Assembly: GCA_963747235.1 (NCBI GenBank)
Contig: CAVVEU010000033.1
Location: forward strand, 1 to 64,000
Reading direction: 5' to 3'
Origin: an uncultured Candidatus Rokubacteria bacterium
GTDB lineage: Bacteria; Methylomirabilota; Methylomirabilia; Rokubacteriales; CSP1-6
Length of the DNA stretch: 64,000 nucleotides
Shown: positions 31,618 through 43,145 of the stretch, one piece after another
How positions within the stretch are numbered: the first letter of the stretch is position 1
How the letters are laid out: every line of letters begins with the position of its first letter
The notes under the pieces: model-generated
What the model was told of the DNA's origin: nothing
Database searches by the model: none
Seen by the model: the letters and a program-made list of their open reading frames with translations, nothing else
Translations under genes and position numbers: made by a program

Positions 31618-33131
31618 CTATCCCAATCGCGGCGGCTCCGGGGCCCCGCGGGACCGGCCGCGGGCGGAGCGACCGGGCGTCGTTGCGGCAGCGCGATGGC
31701 CCGCAGGCTGTCCATATCGATCGCGGGCATGTCGAGGCTGAGGGCGCGCAGCACGCCGTTGGCCAGCTCGTTGTACCCGGTGAACGCGCGCCGGAGCCGC
31801 GCGCGCCAGGCCACGAGCCCGCCGTTGGCGTGCAGCTCGAAGGCCGACTCGCGGCCGTCGAGGGCCGAGGACACGTGATCGGCGGCGAGCTGGAGCAGGG
31901 CCGCGCGCTGCAGCGCGGTGTACTGGCCCCCGCCGAAGGACTCCTCGAGCCCCGCCCCGACCTCGGGCGACGTCAGGTCCTTGTCCGACGGCGCCACCAC
32001 GAGCGACGAGCCGGGCACGATCCGGAGGATCTCCGCCATGCGCTGCCGCGCCTTCTGCATCGCGATGCTGCCCGCCGCCACGTGGCCGCGTCCGGGCACG
32101 CAGTAGCCCGCGGTCGAGACGTCGGGGTCGAGCTCCGCGGCGGTCTGGCAGCTCCGGACGGTCTGGACGTCCACGACGAGATCCATCAGGTGCTCGATCG
32201 TCGGCTCGTGATCCTTGAGCCCCATCGCGTGCGCGCAGGCGAGCGCGAGCCCCAGCGTGAACTCGGCCTTGGCCAGCCAGGCGTAGAGCTGATGCCAGAA
32301 GCACCAGGCGGCGATCGGGTCGGGCGACGGCTCGGTGAGGAACACCCGGTCCCACGGGACCAGCACCTCCTCGAGCCACATCTGCCCGTCCAGCTCGTCG
32401 AAGCGGCTGCTCAGCGGAGCCAGGAACGGGTTCGCGTGGCGGGCCGAGACCTTCCGGCAGACCACGGTGACGCCGGGCGCGTTCACCGGCACGACGAACG
32501 TGGCCCGGTGCCCGTCGCGGTCCACCCCGGAGTGCGCGCCGATGTACACGTCCTCCGCGTAGACCGGGCTCGTGTGCATCCCCACCTTGCCGCTCAGCAC
32601 GAGACCGGCCCCGGTCTCGCGGACCACGCGGAGCGCCGCCCGTTGATCCGCGTCCTCGCGAAGCCGGTAGCCGATGGTGGCGGCGCCCGCGGAGAAGGTC
32701 AGGAAGCGGCCGGTGCGGACGATCAGGTCACGATACGCGGCGGCGGCGGCGATCTGCTCCGGAGAGACATTGCGCTGCTGGACCACGTCGAGGATGCCGA
32801 GGGCGATGAGGTTCCCGTAGCCGGGCGTGTGGGTCATGTTGCCCGCGGTCAGGAAGATGGTCCGGGCGTAGCTCCGGCCCATCGCGCGCAGATCGGCCGA
32901 GGTCCGCGGCAGCGTGAACGCCCACGGCATCCGCGGGCCGCCGCCGTCGGCCGGCGCGAGCAGGACGTCCCGCCACGCGGGGTCGTGGTGGCGGTCGTAC
33001 CAGGCGACGTACTCGTCCACCATCGGCCGCGTGGCCGGATGGAGCGTCACGTCCTCGACGAGCCCCTCGCCGATGACCCAGACCCGGCGTCCGTCACGCA
33101 GGGCTTCACGATACTCACTCCCGGTTCTCAC
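31618..33131 (-). CDS. 4-hydroxyphenylacetate 3-monooxygenase (HpaB)-like flavin-dependent oxygenase component, divergent; true stop uncertain
   Basis: RTGSEYREALRDGRRVW, VEDVTLHP, VPVNAPGVTVVCR, PLSSRFDELD, VLVPWDRVF. Confidence 0.8.
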
Positions 33132-33260
33132 ACGCTGGCCTCGGCGCGTATCCTATCCCAAGACCACGCGCTCGGCATGCCCGCGGGGCGCTCCGGCTTG
33201 ACAGTCCCGCGCGCGCCCGGGTACTGTGCCGCCACCCACACTTCCCGGGAGGGAGAACCC

Positions 33261-34866
33261 ATGAAGCGCTTCTCGACAATGCTCGCCGTGTCGCTGGCCG
33301 TCTCGATGGTGGTCGTGGCCTGCGCGTCCATGCAGTCCGGAGGCGGCGATCTCGTGGCCCGGGCCGTCACGGCCCAGGGCGGCGCCGACGCCCTGGCCGC
33401 CGTCAAGACCATCTCCTACAAGGCGACGGTGCGACAGTGGGAGCCCGAGCAGTCCGCCAAGGCCGGCGGCGAGATGCGCCTGGCCGGCGACTCGACGGTG
33501 GTCTCGGTCACCGACGTGGCCGCGGGCGTCACGCGGACCGACTGGGTGCGCAACTTCCAGTACCCGGCCCCGCGCACCTTCACGTTCACCGAGATCGTCG
33601 CCCCGCAGGCCGGCTACGTGGCCGGCATCGACAGCAACGGCCGCACCAAGCAGAGCCGCGAGGCGAATCCGCCGGCGCATTCGATGTCGAGCCTCCGGCT
33701 CGCCACCGCCCAGCGCGAGCTGCTCGCCGCCTCGCCCCTGCTCGCGCTCGAGATGTCGAAGAGCCCGGACCGCGTCACGGGCGCCTCGAGCGTGACGGTC
33801 GGCGGCGTCCGGCATCCCGCGGTGGACTACCGGGTGGGCGGCCATACCCTGACCGTCCTCTTCGACCCGGCCACCGGGCTGCCCGCCCGCGTGCGCGCGC
33901 TCGACTACGACAACATCTGGGGCGACGTGACCTGGGACCTGGTGCTGGCCGACTGGCAGACGGTCGGGACGACCCGCATCGCGACGTCCCGCAAGTACGA
34001 GCTGAACGGCCGCACCGTGATGGACGTGAAGCTCAGCGACGTCACCCTGAACACGCCCGTCGCGGCGGACCGTCTCGCGATTCCCGCGCCCTTCCTCGCC
34101 ACCGCGCGCGCGGCCGGCGACCGCCGGCGTGCCGTACCAGTGGATCATCCGGCGGCAGTTCATCGGCGTATACCTCGATTCGGACCAGCCGAGCTACGAC
34201 ACGCAGAGCTCGCCCGGCCTCAAGCTCCAGGAGCTGGCCCCCGGCATCCAGCACGTGGTGGGCGGCTCGCACAACAGCCTGATCGTCGAGATGAAGGACC
34301 ACCTGATCGTGTTCGACGCGCCGGTCTCGGACTGGCAGTCCACCTGGACGATCAGCGCCGCGCGCGGCAAGTACGTGCGCAAGCCGGTGAAGTACCTCGT
34401 GCTCACGCATCACCACATGGACCACGCGGGCGGCATCCGGGCCTACGCCGACGCGGGAGCCACCATCGTCACCGGCCAGGGCACCGCCGAGCACTTCAAG
34501 CGCGTGCTCGCCGCGCCCTTCACCCGCAACCCCGTGATGAGCCCGAGCGACCTCACCCGCACCCCGATCGTCGAGGTGATGGGCAAGCACGTGCTGAGCG
34601 ACGGGACGCGCCAGGTCGAGCTGTACGTGATCGACCCCAACCCGCACGCGGACGGCCTGCTGATCGGCTACGTCCCCGACGCCAAGCTCGGCTTCGTGAC
34701 CGACATCTGGAGCCCCGGCGCCGGACCGCTGCCGGACAAGCTGAACCCGGGCCTGGCCGCGCTGGTGGCGGGCGTGAAGAAGGCGGGCATCGCCCCGGCG
34801 AAGTTCGCGGGCGGGCACGGCGGCGCGGCGGACTACGCGCCGCTGGCCGCGCTGGAGGGCAAGTAG
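33261..34866 (+). CDS. Metallo-beta-lactamase-fold hydrolase with lipoprotein-like signal (frameshift near 34110)
   Basis: VVVACAS lipobox-like signal; THHHMDHAGG; PNPHADGLL; GGHG. Confidence 0.82.
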
Positions 34867-36535
34867 CTAGCCCGGGACGCGCCGGAGCCTCACGCCCTTC
34901 AATCGCTCCAGGGTGACGACGGCGCCCGCCACGGCGCCGTCGTCGCCGCGCTCGAACCGGAACACGTGGCGGTACGCGATCCCCGGCGCCGTCGGGCGGA
35001 CGAGGAAGATGTCGGGCGCGATCGGCTCCATGACGAACCTCAGGGCGCGGGCCGCGCCCGGCCCGTACTCGACGGTCAGCGCGCCATCCCGGATGCGGAT
35101 GGAGTGCCGGCTGCCGATCTCGGAGCTCTCGTAGCGGCCGGTGAAGGGCCCCAGCGCATCGGTGGCATAGCGTGGCGCGCGGGCCTTGCGCAGCGCGATT
35201 CGCTGGCCGCCGAGGTTCATCCGACAGATGACGTCGCCCGGGCGCGGGCCGAGCTCCATCCGAAGCTCGACGGGAACCGTCGCCCGGTAGTCGTCCCCGT
35301 CCCGGAAGACGCCGCTTCCCTCGCCGTAGAGAAAGACCGGGTCGCCCAGCGTTTCGCCACGAAGGACGCCGTCCTCGACCGTGAGCGCCACCCATTCCCC
35401 GGTCTCGAGATCGACGTAGCTGCCTTCCACCGCTGACATCTGCCCGCCCGTGAGCGCCGTCTCCGCGGAACGCCGTCCGGCCGCGGCGGCCGGATGCGGC
35501 TCGGGAAAGTCGTCGCCGATCAGCTCCGCCATGATCGAGGCGGCCAGCGTCGCGGGACTCGTGTCTTCCCGATTCGAGAGGATCACCACCCCGAGGTCGC
35601 GCGCCGGCACGTAGGCGACGTGCGCCTTGTACCCGGGCTGGCTGCCGGTATGGCAGAGCACGGTCAGCCCGCGATAGCGCCGCACCGCCAGGCCCAGCCC
35701 GTAGTGGATCGGCGTGCCGTCCCGCAATCGCGTCCGCTCGGCCATCGCCGCGGTCACGGCGACGCCGTTGACCGTGCCCGTCCGCAGGGCCAGGAGCCAG
35801 CGGGTGAGATCCCCGAGCGTGGTCGTGAGGGTGTCGGCCGCGATGCCGAGGAGATCGCGGGACCGCGACCACCCGCCGCGGCCATCCGGCACGTAGGGCT
35901 CGGCCAGGTCCGGCACGAAGACGCCGTCGTGGGGGCGCGCGCTCGTCGCGGTCAGGCCGAGCGGCTCGTAGAGCGCGGCGCGGCGAAACGTGTCGGCGGG
36001 CATGCCGCTCACGCGCGCGATCAGCTCGTCCAGCAGCAGCACGTTGACGTTCGCGTACATGTACTGGGCGCCGGGCGGCGCGCTCACCGCGGTCTGTCGA
36101 TACGCCAGGTCGAGCAGCTCCCGCGTCCTCGACGGCCCGGACGTCCAGACCCCGCGCAGCCGCTCGATCTCGAGCACGTCCCGGAGGCCGCTCGTCATCG
36201 ACAGGAGATGGCGGATCGTCACCGCGTTCGCCCCGGGCAGCTCGGGCCGGCAGCTCGGGAATATATAGACGGATGTCGTCGTCGAGGCGCAGCGCGCCCC
36301 GCGCCGCCAGCACGAGCACCGCCGCCGCGACGAAGGTCTTCGAGACCGAGACGATGTGGAACCGCGTCTCCGGACCGATCGGGATCCGGGGCTCGAGGCT
36401 GGATAGCCCGACGTACCGCTGCGCGATGACCTCGCCGCCGCGGATCACCGACACCGCGACGCCCGGCTCGTCGGCGCCCTGCTCGGTCAAGCGCTCGACG
36501 AGGGCCAGCACGCGATCGTCGGCGGCCTGAGGCAT
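34867..36535 (-). CDS. Serine hydrolase, D-aminopeptidase/beta-lactamase-like (frameshift near 36240)
   Basis: FHIVSVSKTF (SxxK), HLLSMTSG, YMYAN (YxN), HTG triad. Confidence 0.85.
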
Positions 36536-36620
36536 CGGCCGAAGGGTGCTCCGGACCGGCGGGCGGAGTCAAGGGCGGGCCTCGACCCGCACCGGGCGGC
36601 TGTGGTAAGCATGGCGGCCT

Positions 36621-37814
36621 ATGGACAAAGCGCTCGCCGGCATCCGAGTCGTCGATCTGACGAACAACCAGGCGGGGCCGTCGTGCGGCCAGATGCTGGC
36701 GTGGCTGGGCGCCGACGTGATCAAGGTCGAGGAGCCGGGCAAGGGGGACGTGGCCCGGTACTCCCAGCGCGATCGCCCCGGCGAAGACGCGCTGTTCTTC
36801 CTGTCCTTCAACGGCAACAAGCGGAGCCTGACGCTCAACCTGAAGCACGCGCGCGGCCAGGAGGTCTTCCGCGCGCTGCTGAAGAAGGCCGACGTGCTGC
36901 TGGAGAACTTCGGCCCCGGCGTCATCGAGCGCCTGGGCTTCGGCTACGACGCGGTCCGCGCGCTCAACCCGCGCCTGGTCTACGCGAGCATCAAGGGCTT
37001 CGGCTCCTACGGGCCCTATCGCGACTACAAGAGCTACGAGCCGATCGCGCAGGCGATGGGCGGGGCCATGAGCGTCACCGGCTTCCCGGGCGGGCCGCCC
37101 ACCTTCACGTGGCCGTCCATCGGCGACTCCGGCACCGGCATGCACTGCGTGATCGGCATCCTCGCCGCGCTGATGCAGCGGCACGCCAGCGGCCAGGGGC
37201 AGCAGGTCGAGGTGTCCATGCAGGACGCGGTGGTCAACCTCATCCGGGTGAGCCTGCGCGACCACCAGCGCTTCGGGAAGGTCATGGAGCGCACCGGCAA
37301 CCAGCTCGGCGCGGGCGTGCCGGGCACGACGTACCGCTGCCACCCGGGCGGCCCCAACGACTACGTGTTCATCTTCGTGCAGCAGCAGATGTGGCACCCG
37401 CTGCTGCGCGCGATCGGCCGCGAGGACCTGATCGGCGACGCGCGCTACGAGGCGCCGGACGCCCGCTGGCGCAATCGCGCCGAGGTGGACAAGCTGGTCG
37501 AGAGCTGGACCTCCGAGCGCCCGAAGCACGACGTGATGAAGATCCTGGGCGAGGCCGGGGTACCGTGCGGGGCCTGTCTCGACACCGGCGAGGTGCTGAC
37601 CGACCCGCACCTGCTCGCGCGCGAGATGATCGTGGAGGTCGAGCACCCGGTGCGCGGGCGGTACCTGACCGTCGGCAACCCGATCAAGCTCTCCGCCTCG
37701 CCGACCACCATCGAGCCGTCCCCGCTGCTGGGCCAGCACCGCGAGGAGATCCTCGCCGAGCTGGGCTACACCGAGGCCGACATCCGCGCGCTCGCCGCCG
37801 AGGGCGCGATCTAG
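36621..37814 (+). CDS. Formyl-CoA transferase-like family III CoA transferase
   Basis: QAGPSCGQMLAWLGADVIKVE, NGNKRS, ENFGPG, SIGDSGTGMH. Confidence 0.9.
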   Translation: MDKALAGIRVVDLTNNQAGPSCGQMLAWLGADVIKVEEPGKGDVARYSQRDRPGEDALFFLSFNGNKRSLTLNLKHARGQEVFRALLKKADVLLENFGPGVIERLGFGYDAVRALNPRLVYASIKGFGSYGPYRDYKSYEPIAQAMGGAMSVTGFPGGPPTFTWPSIGDSGTGMHCVIGILAALMQRHASGQGQQVEVSMQDAVVNLIRVSLRDHQRFGKVMERTGNQLGAGVPGTTYRCHPGGPNDYVFIFVQQQMWHPLLRAIGREDLIGDARYEAPDARWRNRAEVDKLVESWTSERPKHDVMKILGEAGVPCGACLDTGEVLTDPHLLAREMIVEVEHPVRGRYLTVGNPIKLSASPTTIEPSPLLGQHREEILAELGYTEADIRALAAEGAI

Positions 37815-38302
37815 ATCAGAAACGACAGGTTCGGCAGCGGCTCGGCCGCGTTGATCAGCACGACCTTCTTGAGGCTCATCCGCAGCGCGCCGTCCACGCG
37901 CCGCAGGTGATGCGTGGCGCGCCCCACCCACCAGTGCATCTCGGCCTTGGCCTGGACGGACAGCTCGGCCAGGATGAAGTTCGAGCCCGCGACGAGCTGG
38001 CCGTCCCGTCCATCGACCACCTCGATGTTCGAGATGAGGCGCCGCATCAGGGACGCGGGCTCCTGGCTGTAGCGGTGGCCGGTCTGCAGCAGCTTGATCC
38101 GGGTCTCGAGGCGGGCGCGGTTGTCGTAGATGTGCGAGATGCGCGTCTCCGGATCGGCGTCGGGATCGGTGCTGGCCGGCACCCAGTAGACCGCGTCGTC
38201 GGTCCAGAGCGCGAGCCACTCGGCGTAGCGGGCCTCGTCGGCCAGGCGCGCCTCCCGATAGAGGAACTCGACGACCGCCTGGTGGTCCTGGTCGCTGACC
38301 AT
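37811..38302 (-). CDS. Aromatic ring-hydroxylating oxygenase beta subunit
   Basis: FLYREARLADE..Y.EWL.LWTDD..YWVP, SQEPAS..RRLISNI, KKVVLIN. Confidence 0.9.
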   Translation of the reverse strand: MVSDQDHQAVVEFLYREARLADEARYAEWLALWTDDAVYWVPASTDPDADPETRISHIYDNRARLETRIKLLQTGHRYSQEPASLMRRLISNIEVVDGRDGQLVAGSNFILAELSVQAKAEMHWWVGRATHHLRRVDGALRMSLKKVVLINAAEPLPNLSFLI

Positions 38303-38316
38303 CGCGGCGGCGCGCG

Positions 38317-39589
38317 CTACGCCTCGGTCATGACCGCGCGGTAGTGCCGCCAGAGCGCCCGGTTCGTGGTCTCGTCGGTGACGTGGGAGACCGCGCGGCC
38401 CTGGTCGTCCACGTACTCGCGGTTGAGGCCGCGGCTGAGCAGCAGCCACTCCGGCGTGCGCGCGCGCAGGCCCTGCTGGTTGCGGGTGGCGATGATCAGA
38501 TCCTCCGGCATCAGGAAGGACGCGGGGCCCATGCCCGCCTCGGCCATCCGCAGCAGGCGCCCGTTGAACTCGGGCACGCCCTTCCAGAACATCGGCGTGT
38601 GCCAGTGCACGCACTCCTCCACGTCCAGCGGCTCGACGATCGCGATGTTGGTCTCCCCGAGAAATAGATTGGGGAAGATCAGCGCGTGCGCGGGGCCCTG
38701 CATGATTCGCTGCCGCGCCAGCTCGGGCCCATCGCGGCGCTCGAGGGCGGCCACGAAGTCCGCGACCACCGAGCCCGAGGCGCCGCCGAACCACTCGAAC
38801 GGGTCCCGGTAGCCGGGCGACCAGTCGATCTCGATGTGGCCGTGCCCCCAGTCGCGCACCACCGCCTTGATGGCCTTCTCGTCGCCGACCACGCGCTGGT
38901 ACTGCATGCGCACCGTCTTGAAGAGCGCGAGATGCACGAAGCCCAGATGGTAGCCGTCGCTGTCGTTCTCGGGCAGCGTCTTCCAGTTGGCCGCGCAGCG
39001 ATGCTTCACCCAGCCCGCGGTCAGCTCGATCTCGCCCACGGGGGAGAGATCGCACGAGCGGTCGATCAGCCGGGTCGCGGCGCCCAGGTGCTCGAGGAGC
39101 GTGATGCCGGTCGGCGCGAACGACGCGAAGACGAACCCCCGGTAGCTCGACACGCGCGGGGCCGCCTCGAGGCCGTACTCCCGCTTGTCGAGCGCCGCGT
39201 AGCCGCCCGGATAGGGCACGCCCGTGAGCGCGCCGTCCAGGTCGTAGGTCCAGCCGTGGTAGGGGCAGGCGAACGTGCGGGCGTGGCCGCGCTCCGCCGG
39301 GCACAGCATCGTCCCGCGGTGCCGGCAGCGGTTGACGAAGACCGAGACCGCGCCCTCGCGGCCGCGGACCATGATGACCGGCTGGGCGCCGATCCGGCGG
39401 GTGACGTAGTCGCCCGGGCGCGGGATCTCGCTGGCGTGGCCGACGAAGACCCACCCGCGGTGGAAGATCCGATCCATCTCGTCGGCGAAGATGCGCGGGT
39501 CGGTGTAGAGCGAGGCATGAATGCGATCGTCCTGCACCAGCGTCTTGTAGTCGACGCGGGGGCGGGGCTCGCCCGTCAGGCGTAGACAT
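38317..39589 (-). CDS. Rieske aromatic ring-hydroxylating oxygenase alpha subunit (frameshift near 39560)
   Basis: NRCRHRG...CPYHGWTY Rieske motif; ANWK..ENDSDGYHLGFVH; IFPNL. Confidence 0.92.
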
Positions 39590-40559
39590 CCTCGTCCACC
39601 TGGCCCGGGGCGGGGAACGGAGCGGCCAGCGCGAACTGCACGCCGCTCTCGATCTCGGTCTTCACGTCCGCCTGGATGCGGTCGAAGACGGACTGCTCGG
39701 CGAGCCGCTGCTGCATGAGGCGCGAGGACAGCGTCTCGAGCGGATCGCGGTTGGTCATCCAGTCCCGCTCCTCGTCGCGGGTCCGGTACTCCCGGTTCAC
39801 GTCGCCCACGTGGTGGCCGTAGTACCGGTAGGTCTTGCACTCGAGGAAGGCGGGGCCCTCGCCGCGACGCGCCCGCTCCACCAGGCGCTTCATCGTGGCG
39901 TGCACCGCCTGCACGTCCTGCCCGTCCACGCTCTCGGCGTGCACGCCCATCGCGCGCGGGCGGGCCAGGATCTCCCCGCCGATCGTCTCGGTGCCGGGGG
40001 TGTACTCGCCGTAGAGATTGTTCTCGCACACGTAGATGACGGGCAGCTTCCAGAGCGAGGCCATGTTCATGGCCTCGTAGAGCAGGCCCTGCCCGAGCGC
40101 GCCGTCGCCGAAGAAGCACACCGCGACCTGGCCGCTCTTGCGCATCTTGGCGGAGAGCGCGGCGCCGGTGGCGAGGCCGGCGGAGCCGCCCACGATGGCG
40201 TTGGCGCCGAGGTTGCCCGTCTCGGGATCGGCGATGTGCATGGAGCCGCCCTTGCCGCGGCAGTAGCCCGCTTCCTTGCCGAGCAGCTCCGCGAACATCC
40301 GGCTCACCGAGGCGCCCTTGGCCAGGCAGTGGCCGTGGCCGCGATGCGTGCTGGTGATGTAGTCGTCGCGCTTGAGCGCCTCGCAGACCCCGACCGCGAC
40401 CGCTTCCTCCCCGACGTAGAGATGGGCCAAGCCCGGCATCTTCGCGCCCTTGTAGAGCTCGTTCACCTGCTCCTCGAAGGCGCGGATCTTGGCCATCTGG
40501 CGGTACATGTGGAGGTGCTGCTCCAGGTCCATCCGCGGCTCGGTCATCTGGGTGCTCAT
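39576..40559 (-). CDS. 2-oxoacid/acetoin dehydrogenase E1 alpha subunit (AcoA-like)
   Basis: STHRGHGH, GKGGSMH, FFGDGA...CENN, TYRYYGHH. Confidence 0.93.
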   Translation of the reverse strand: MSTQMTEPRMDLEQHLHMYRQMAKIRAFEEQVNELYKGAKMPGLAHLYVGEEAVAVGVCEALKRDDYITSTHRGHGHCLAKGASVSRMFAELLGKEAGYCRGKGGSMHIADPETGNLGANAIVGGSAGLATGAALSAKMRKSGQVAVCFFGDGALGQGLLYEAMNMASLWKLPVIYVCENNLYGEYTPGTETIGGEILARPRAMGVHAESVDGQDVQAVHATMKRLVERARRGEGPAFLECKTYRYYGHHVGDVNREYRTRDEERDWMTNRDPLETLSSRLMQQRLAEQSVFDRIQADVKTEIESGVQFALAAPFPAPGQVDEDVYA

Positions 40560-40648
40560 CGGTCTGCCCTCCCTTGGGCTCCGGCTCTGTGGCGGGAGTA
40601 TACATTGGACCGGCCCGGCTCGCGGAGGCCGTGCTACGGTCGGGATCG

Positions 40649-42143
40649 GTGGCGCCCGAGGCCGCATCCGCTCGCCCAGCACCGTCTCTCCAAGTCCCGC
40701 GCCATGGCGGGACTGCAGTGCCACAAACTGCTCTGGTGGATGGCGCACGAGCCGGCCGCGACCGAGCTCGACGTGGACGACGCGCAACAGGCCGTCTACG
40801 ACCAGGGCCACCGGGTCGGCGCGCTGGCCCGGACCTATGTGCCGGGCGGCGTGCTCGTGGACCTGCCGCATAACGCCTACGAGCCGCGGCTCGAGGCGAC
40901 GCGGCAGGCCCTCGCGCAGGGCGCCCCCGCGGTCTACGAGGCGGCCTTCCGGGCCGACGGCGTCTTCGTCTCGGTGGATATCCTCGAGCGCCGGGAGCGC
41001 GGCTTCTGCCTGACCGAGGTCAAGTCCACGACGGGCGTGAAGCTGCAGCACGTGGCCGACGTGGCGGTCCAGGCCCACGTGCTGCGGCGGAGCGGGCTCG
41101 ACATCGGCCGGATGGAGGTCATGCACCTCAACCGCGCCTGCACGTATCCGGACCTGAGCAATCTCTTCACGCGGGCCGACGTGACGGAGTCGGTCGAGGC
41201 GCGGCTGGCCGCGGTCCCGGGTGAGATCGCGGCGATGACCGCCATGCTCGCGGGCCCCCTGCCGACCGTGGCGACCGGCCCGCACTGCGCAAAGCCCTAC
41301 GCCTGCCCGTTCACCGAGCGCTGCTGGCCGGTGCTGCCGCCGTACCACGTCGGCACGCTTCGCGCGATGCAGCGGCGCCTGCTGGAGCTGGACGAGCAGG
41401 GGTACCGCAGCATCCTCGACCTGCCGGAGGACCTGCCGCTCGGGCCGATCGCCGATCGGCAGCGACGGGCGGTGCAGGCGGGGCGCGTCGTGGCGGAGCG
41501 CACGCTCGGCGCGGCCCTCGGCGCGTTTGCCGCGCCGCTGGCCTTCCTCGACTTCGAGACCGTCGGGCTCGCCATCCCGGTGTGGGACGGCTGCCATCCC
41601 TACGACGCGGTGCCCGTGCAGTTCAGCGCCTACGTGCCGGCCGCGGACGGGGCGCTGCACGCCCACGCCTGGCTCGCGGACGGACCCGGCGATCCGCGCC
41701 CGGCGGCGGCCGAGCGGCTCCTCGCCGCCTGCGAGGGCACCGGCGCCATCGTGGCGTATGGCGCGGGCTTCGAGCGCGAGCGCATCCGGGAGCTCGCGGC
41801 GGCGCTGCCGCACCTGGCTACCCGCCTCGAGACCCTCGCGGGACGGCTGGTGGACCTGTTGCCCGTGGTGCGCAATCACGTTTATCATCCGGACTTCGGC
41901 GGCAGCTTCTCGCTCAAGCGCGTGCTGCCCGCGCTGGTGCCCGAGATGAGCTATCGCGGGCTCGCGATCGCCGATGGCGAGACGGCGAGCCTCGAGCTGG
42001 GGCGCCTGCTCTTCCACGGGGACGCGATGGAACCGGAGGAGCGGGCACGGCTGCGCGCGGATCTGCTCGCGTACTGCCATCAGGACACGTGGGGGTTGGT
42101 CAGGCTGCTGGAGCGGCTGCGCGGCCTGGCGGAGGGAGCATGA
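40649..42143 (+). CDS. DUF2779 domain protein: Cas4/RecB-like PD-(D/E)XK nuclease fused to an RNase H-like domain (start inferred, frameshift near 40675)
   Basis: LSKS..GLQCHK.LW, VDIL..LTEVKST, DVAVQ..VL, HCAKPYACPFTERC, FLDFET, PVQFS, YHPDFGGSFSLKRVLP, LLAYCHQDT. Confidence 0.85.
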
Positions 42144-43138
42144 CCGGACCGATCGACGTCCACACGCACATCTTCGCGAGCGGCTGGCCGGATTTCGCGG
42201 CGCGCCACGGCGGCGACCGCTGGCCGCGGCTCGAGGGCGACCCGGCCACCGGGTGCAAGCTCTACCTGGGCGCGACGTTCAATCGCAACCTCACGCCGCA
42301 CGCCTTCGACCCCGCGCGCCGGCTCGAGCAGATGGACAAGACCGGCGTGGATCGCCAGCTCCTCTCCCCCGCCCCGCCGACCTTCTGCTACTGGGCGCCC
42401 GGGCCCGCCGCGGCCGAGTGGTGCCGGATGCAGAACGACGCGATCGCGGAGCTGGTCAGCCGGAGCCCCGCGCGCTTCCTCGGCGCGGGCGGGCTACCGC
42501 TGCAGGCGCCCGACCTGGCCGTGAAGGAGCTGGAGCGCGTGGCCACCGTGCTGCGCTTCCCCGCGGTGGAGATCGGCGCCAATGTCGGCGGCAACGATCT
42601 CGACGATGCGAGCCTGGCTCCGGTGTGGGACGCGGCGGCCGCGCTCGGCATCGCGATCTTCGTCCACCCGCAGGCGCCGATCCTGGGCGATCCGCGCTTC
42701 CGCAAGAACAACCTGACGCAGGTCGCGGGGTTCCCGCTCGAGACCGCGCTCGCGATGACGCGGGTGATCTTCGGCGGCGTGCTCGACCGCTGGCCCACCG
42801 TGCGCTGGTGCTTCGCCCACGGCGGCGGCGCCTTCGCGTACATCTTGCCGCGGCTCGACCAGGGCTGGAGCGCGATCCCGGACGCGAAGCACGCGCTCGC
42901 CCAGCCTCCCAGCGCCTACGCGCGGCGGGTCTGGGTGGACTCGCTGACGCTCTCACCCAAGGTACTGGCGTTCGCGCTCGACACCTTCGGGTCCGAGCGC
43001 ATCGTGCTCGGGAGCGACTACCCGTTCAAGATGGGTGTGGACGATCCGGTGAGCGCGCTGGACGCGCTCGCGCTGGACGCGGCCACGCGGCAGCGGCTCA
43101 TCGTGGACAATGCCCGGCAGTTCCTCGCCCTACCATGA
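42140..43138 (+). CDS. Amidohydrolase family 2 (ACMSD-like decarboxylase)
   Basis: IDVHTH, IFVHP, FAHGGG, LGSDYPF; ATGA overlap with the upstream gene. Confidence 0.9.
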   Translation: MTGPIDVHTHIFASGWPDFAARHGGDRWPRLEGDPATGCKLYLGATFNRNLTPHAFDPARRLEQMDKTGVDRQLLSPAPPTFCYWAPGPAAAEWCRMQNDAIAELVSRSPARFLGAGGLPLQAPDLAVKELERVATVLRFPAVEIGANVGGNDLDDASLAPVWDAAAALGIAIFVHPQAPILGDPRFRKNNLTQVAGFPLETALAMTRVIFGGVLDRWPTVRWCFAHGGGAFAYILPRLDQGWSAIPDAKHALAQPPSAYARRVWVDSLTLSPKVLAFALDTFGSERIVLGSDYPFKMGVDDPVSALDALALDAATRQRLIVDNARQFLALP

Positions 43139-43145
43139 GGAGATC

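Noticed and set aside
30558-33131. 857-aa HpaB plus ABC substrate-binding protein fusion
   Set aside because: The joining segment is low-complexity off-frame sequence, and the SBP has its own signal peptide in another frame; a frameshift artefact.
30369-34916. Very long ORFs such as 1515 aa, 1164 aa (16799..20293) and 819 aa (47813..50272)
   Set aside because: Antisense or alternate-frame shadows expected at this GC content; Arg/Ala/Gly/Pro-rich with no motifs outside the parts overlapping real genes.
2578-36535. Beta-lactamase-fold genes (two serine hydrolases, one MBL fold) and the EmrAB-type pair as a resistance island
   Set aside because: These are broad esterase/peptidase/hydrolase and efflux families, dispersed among metabolic genes with no mobile-element context.
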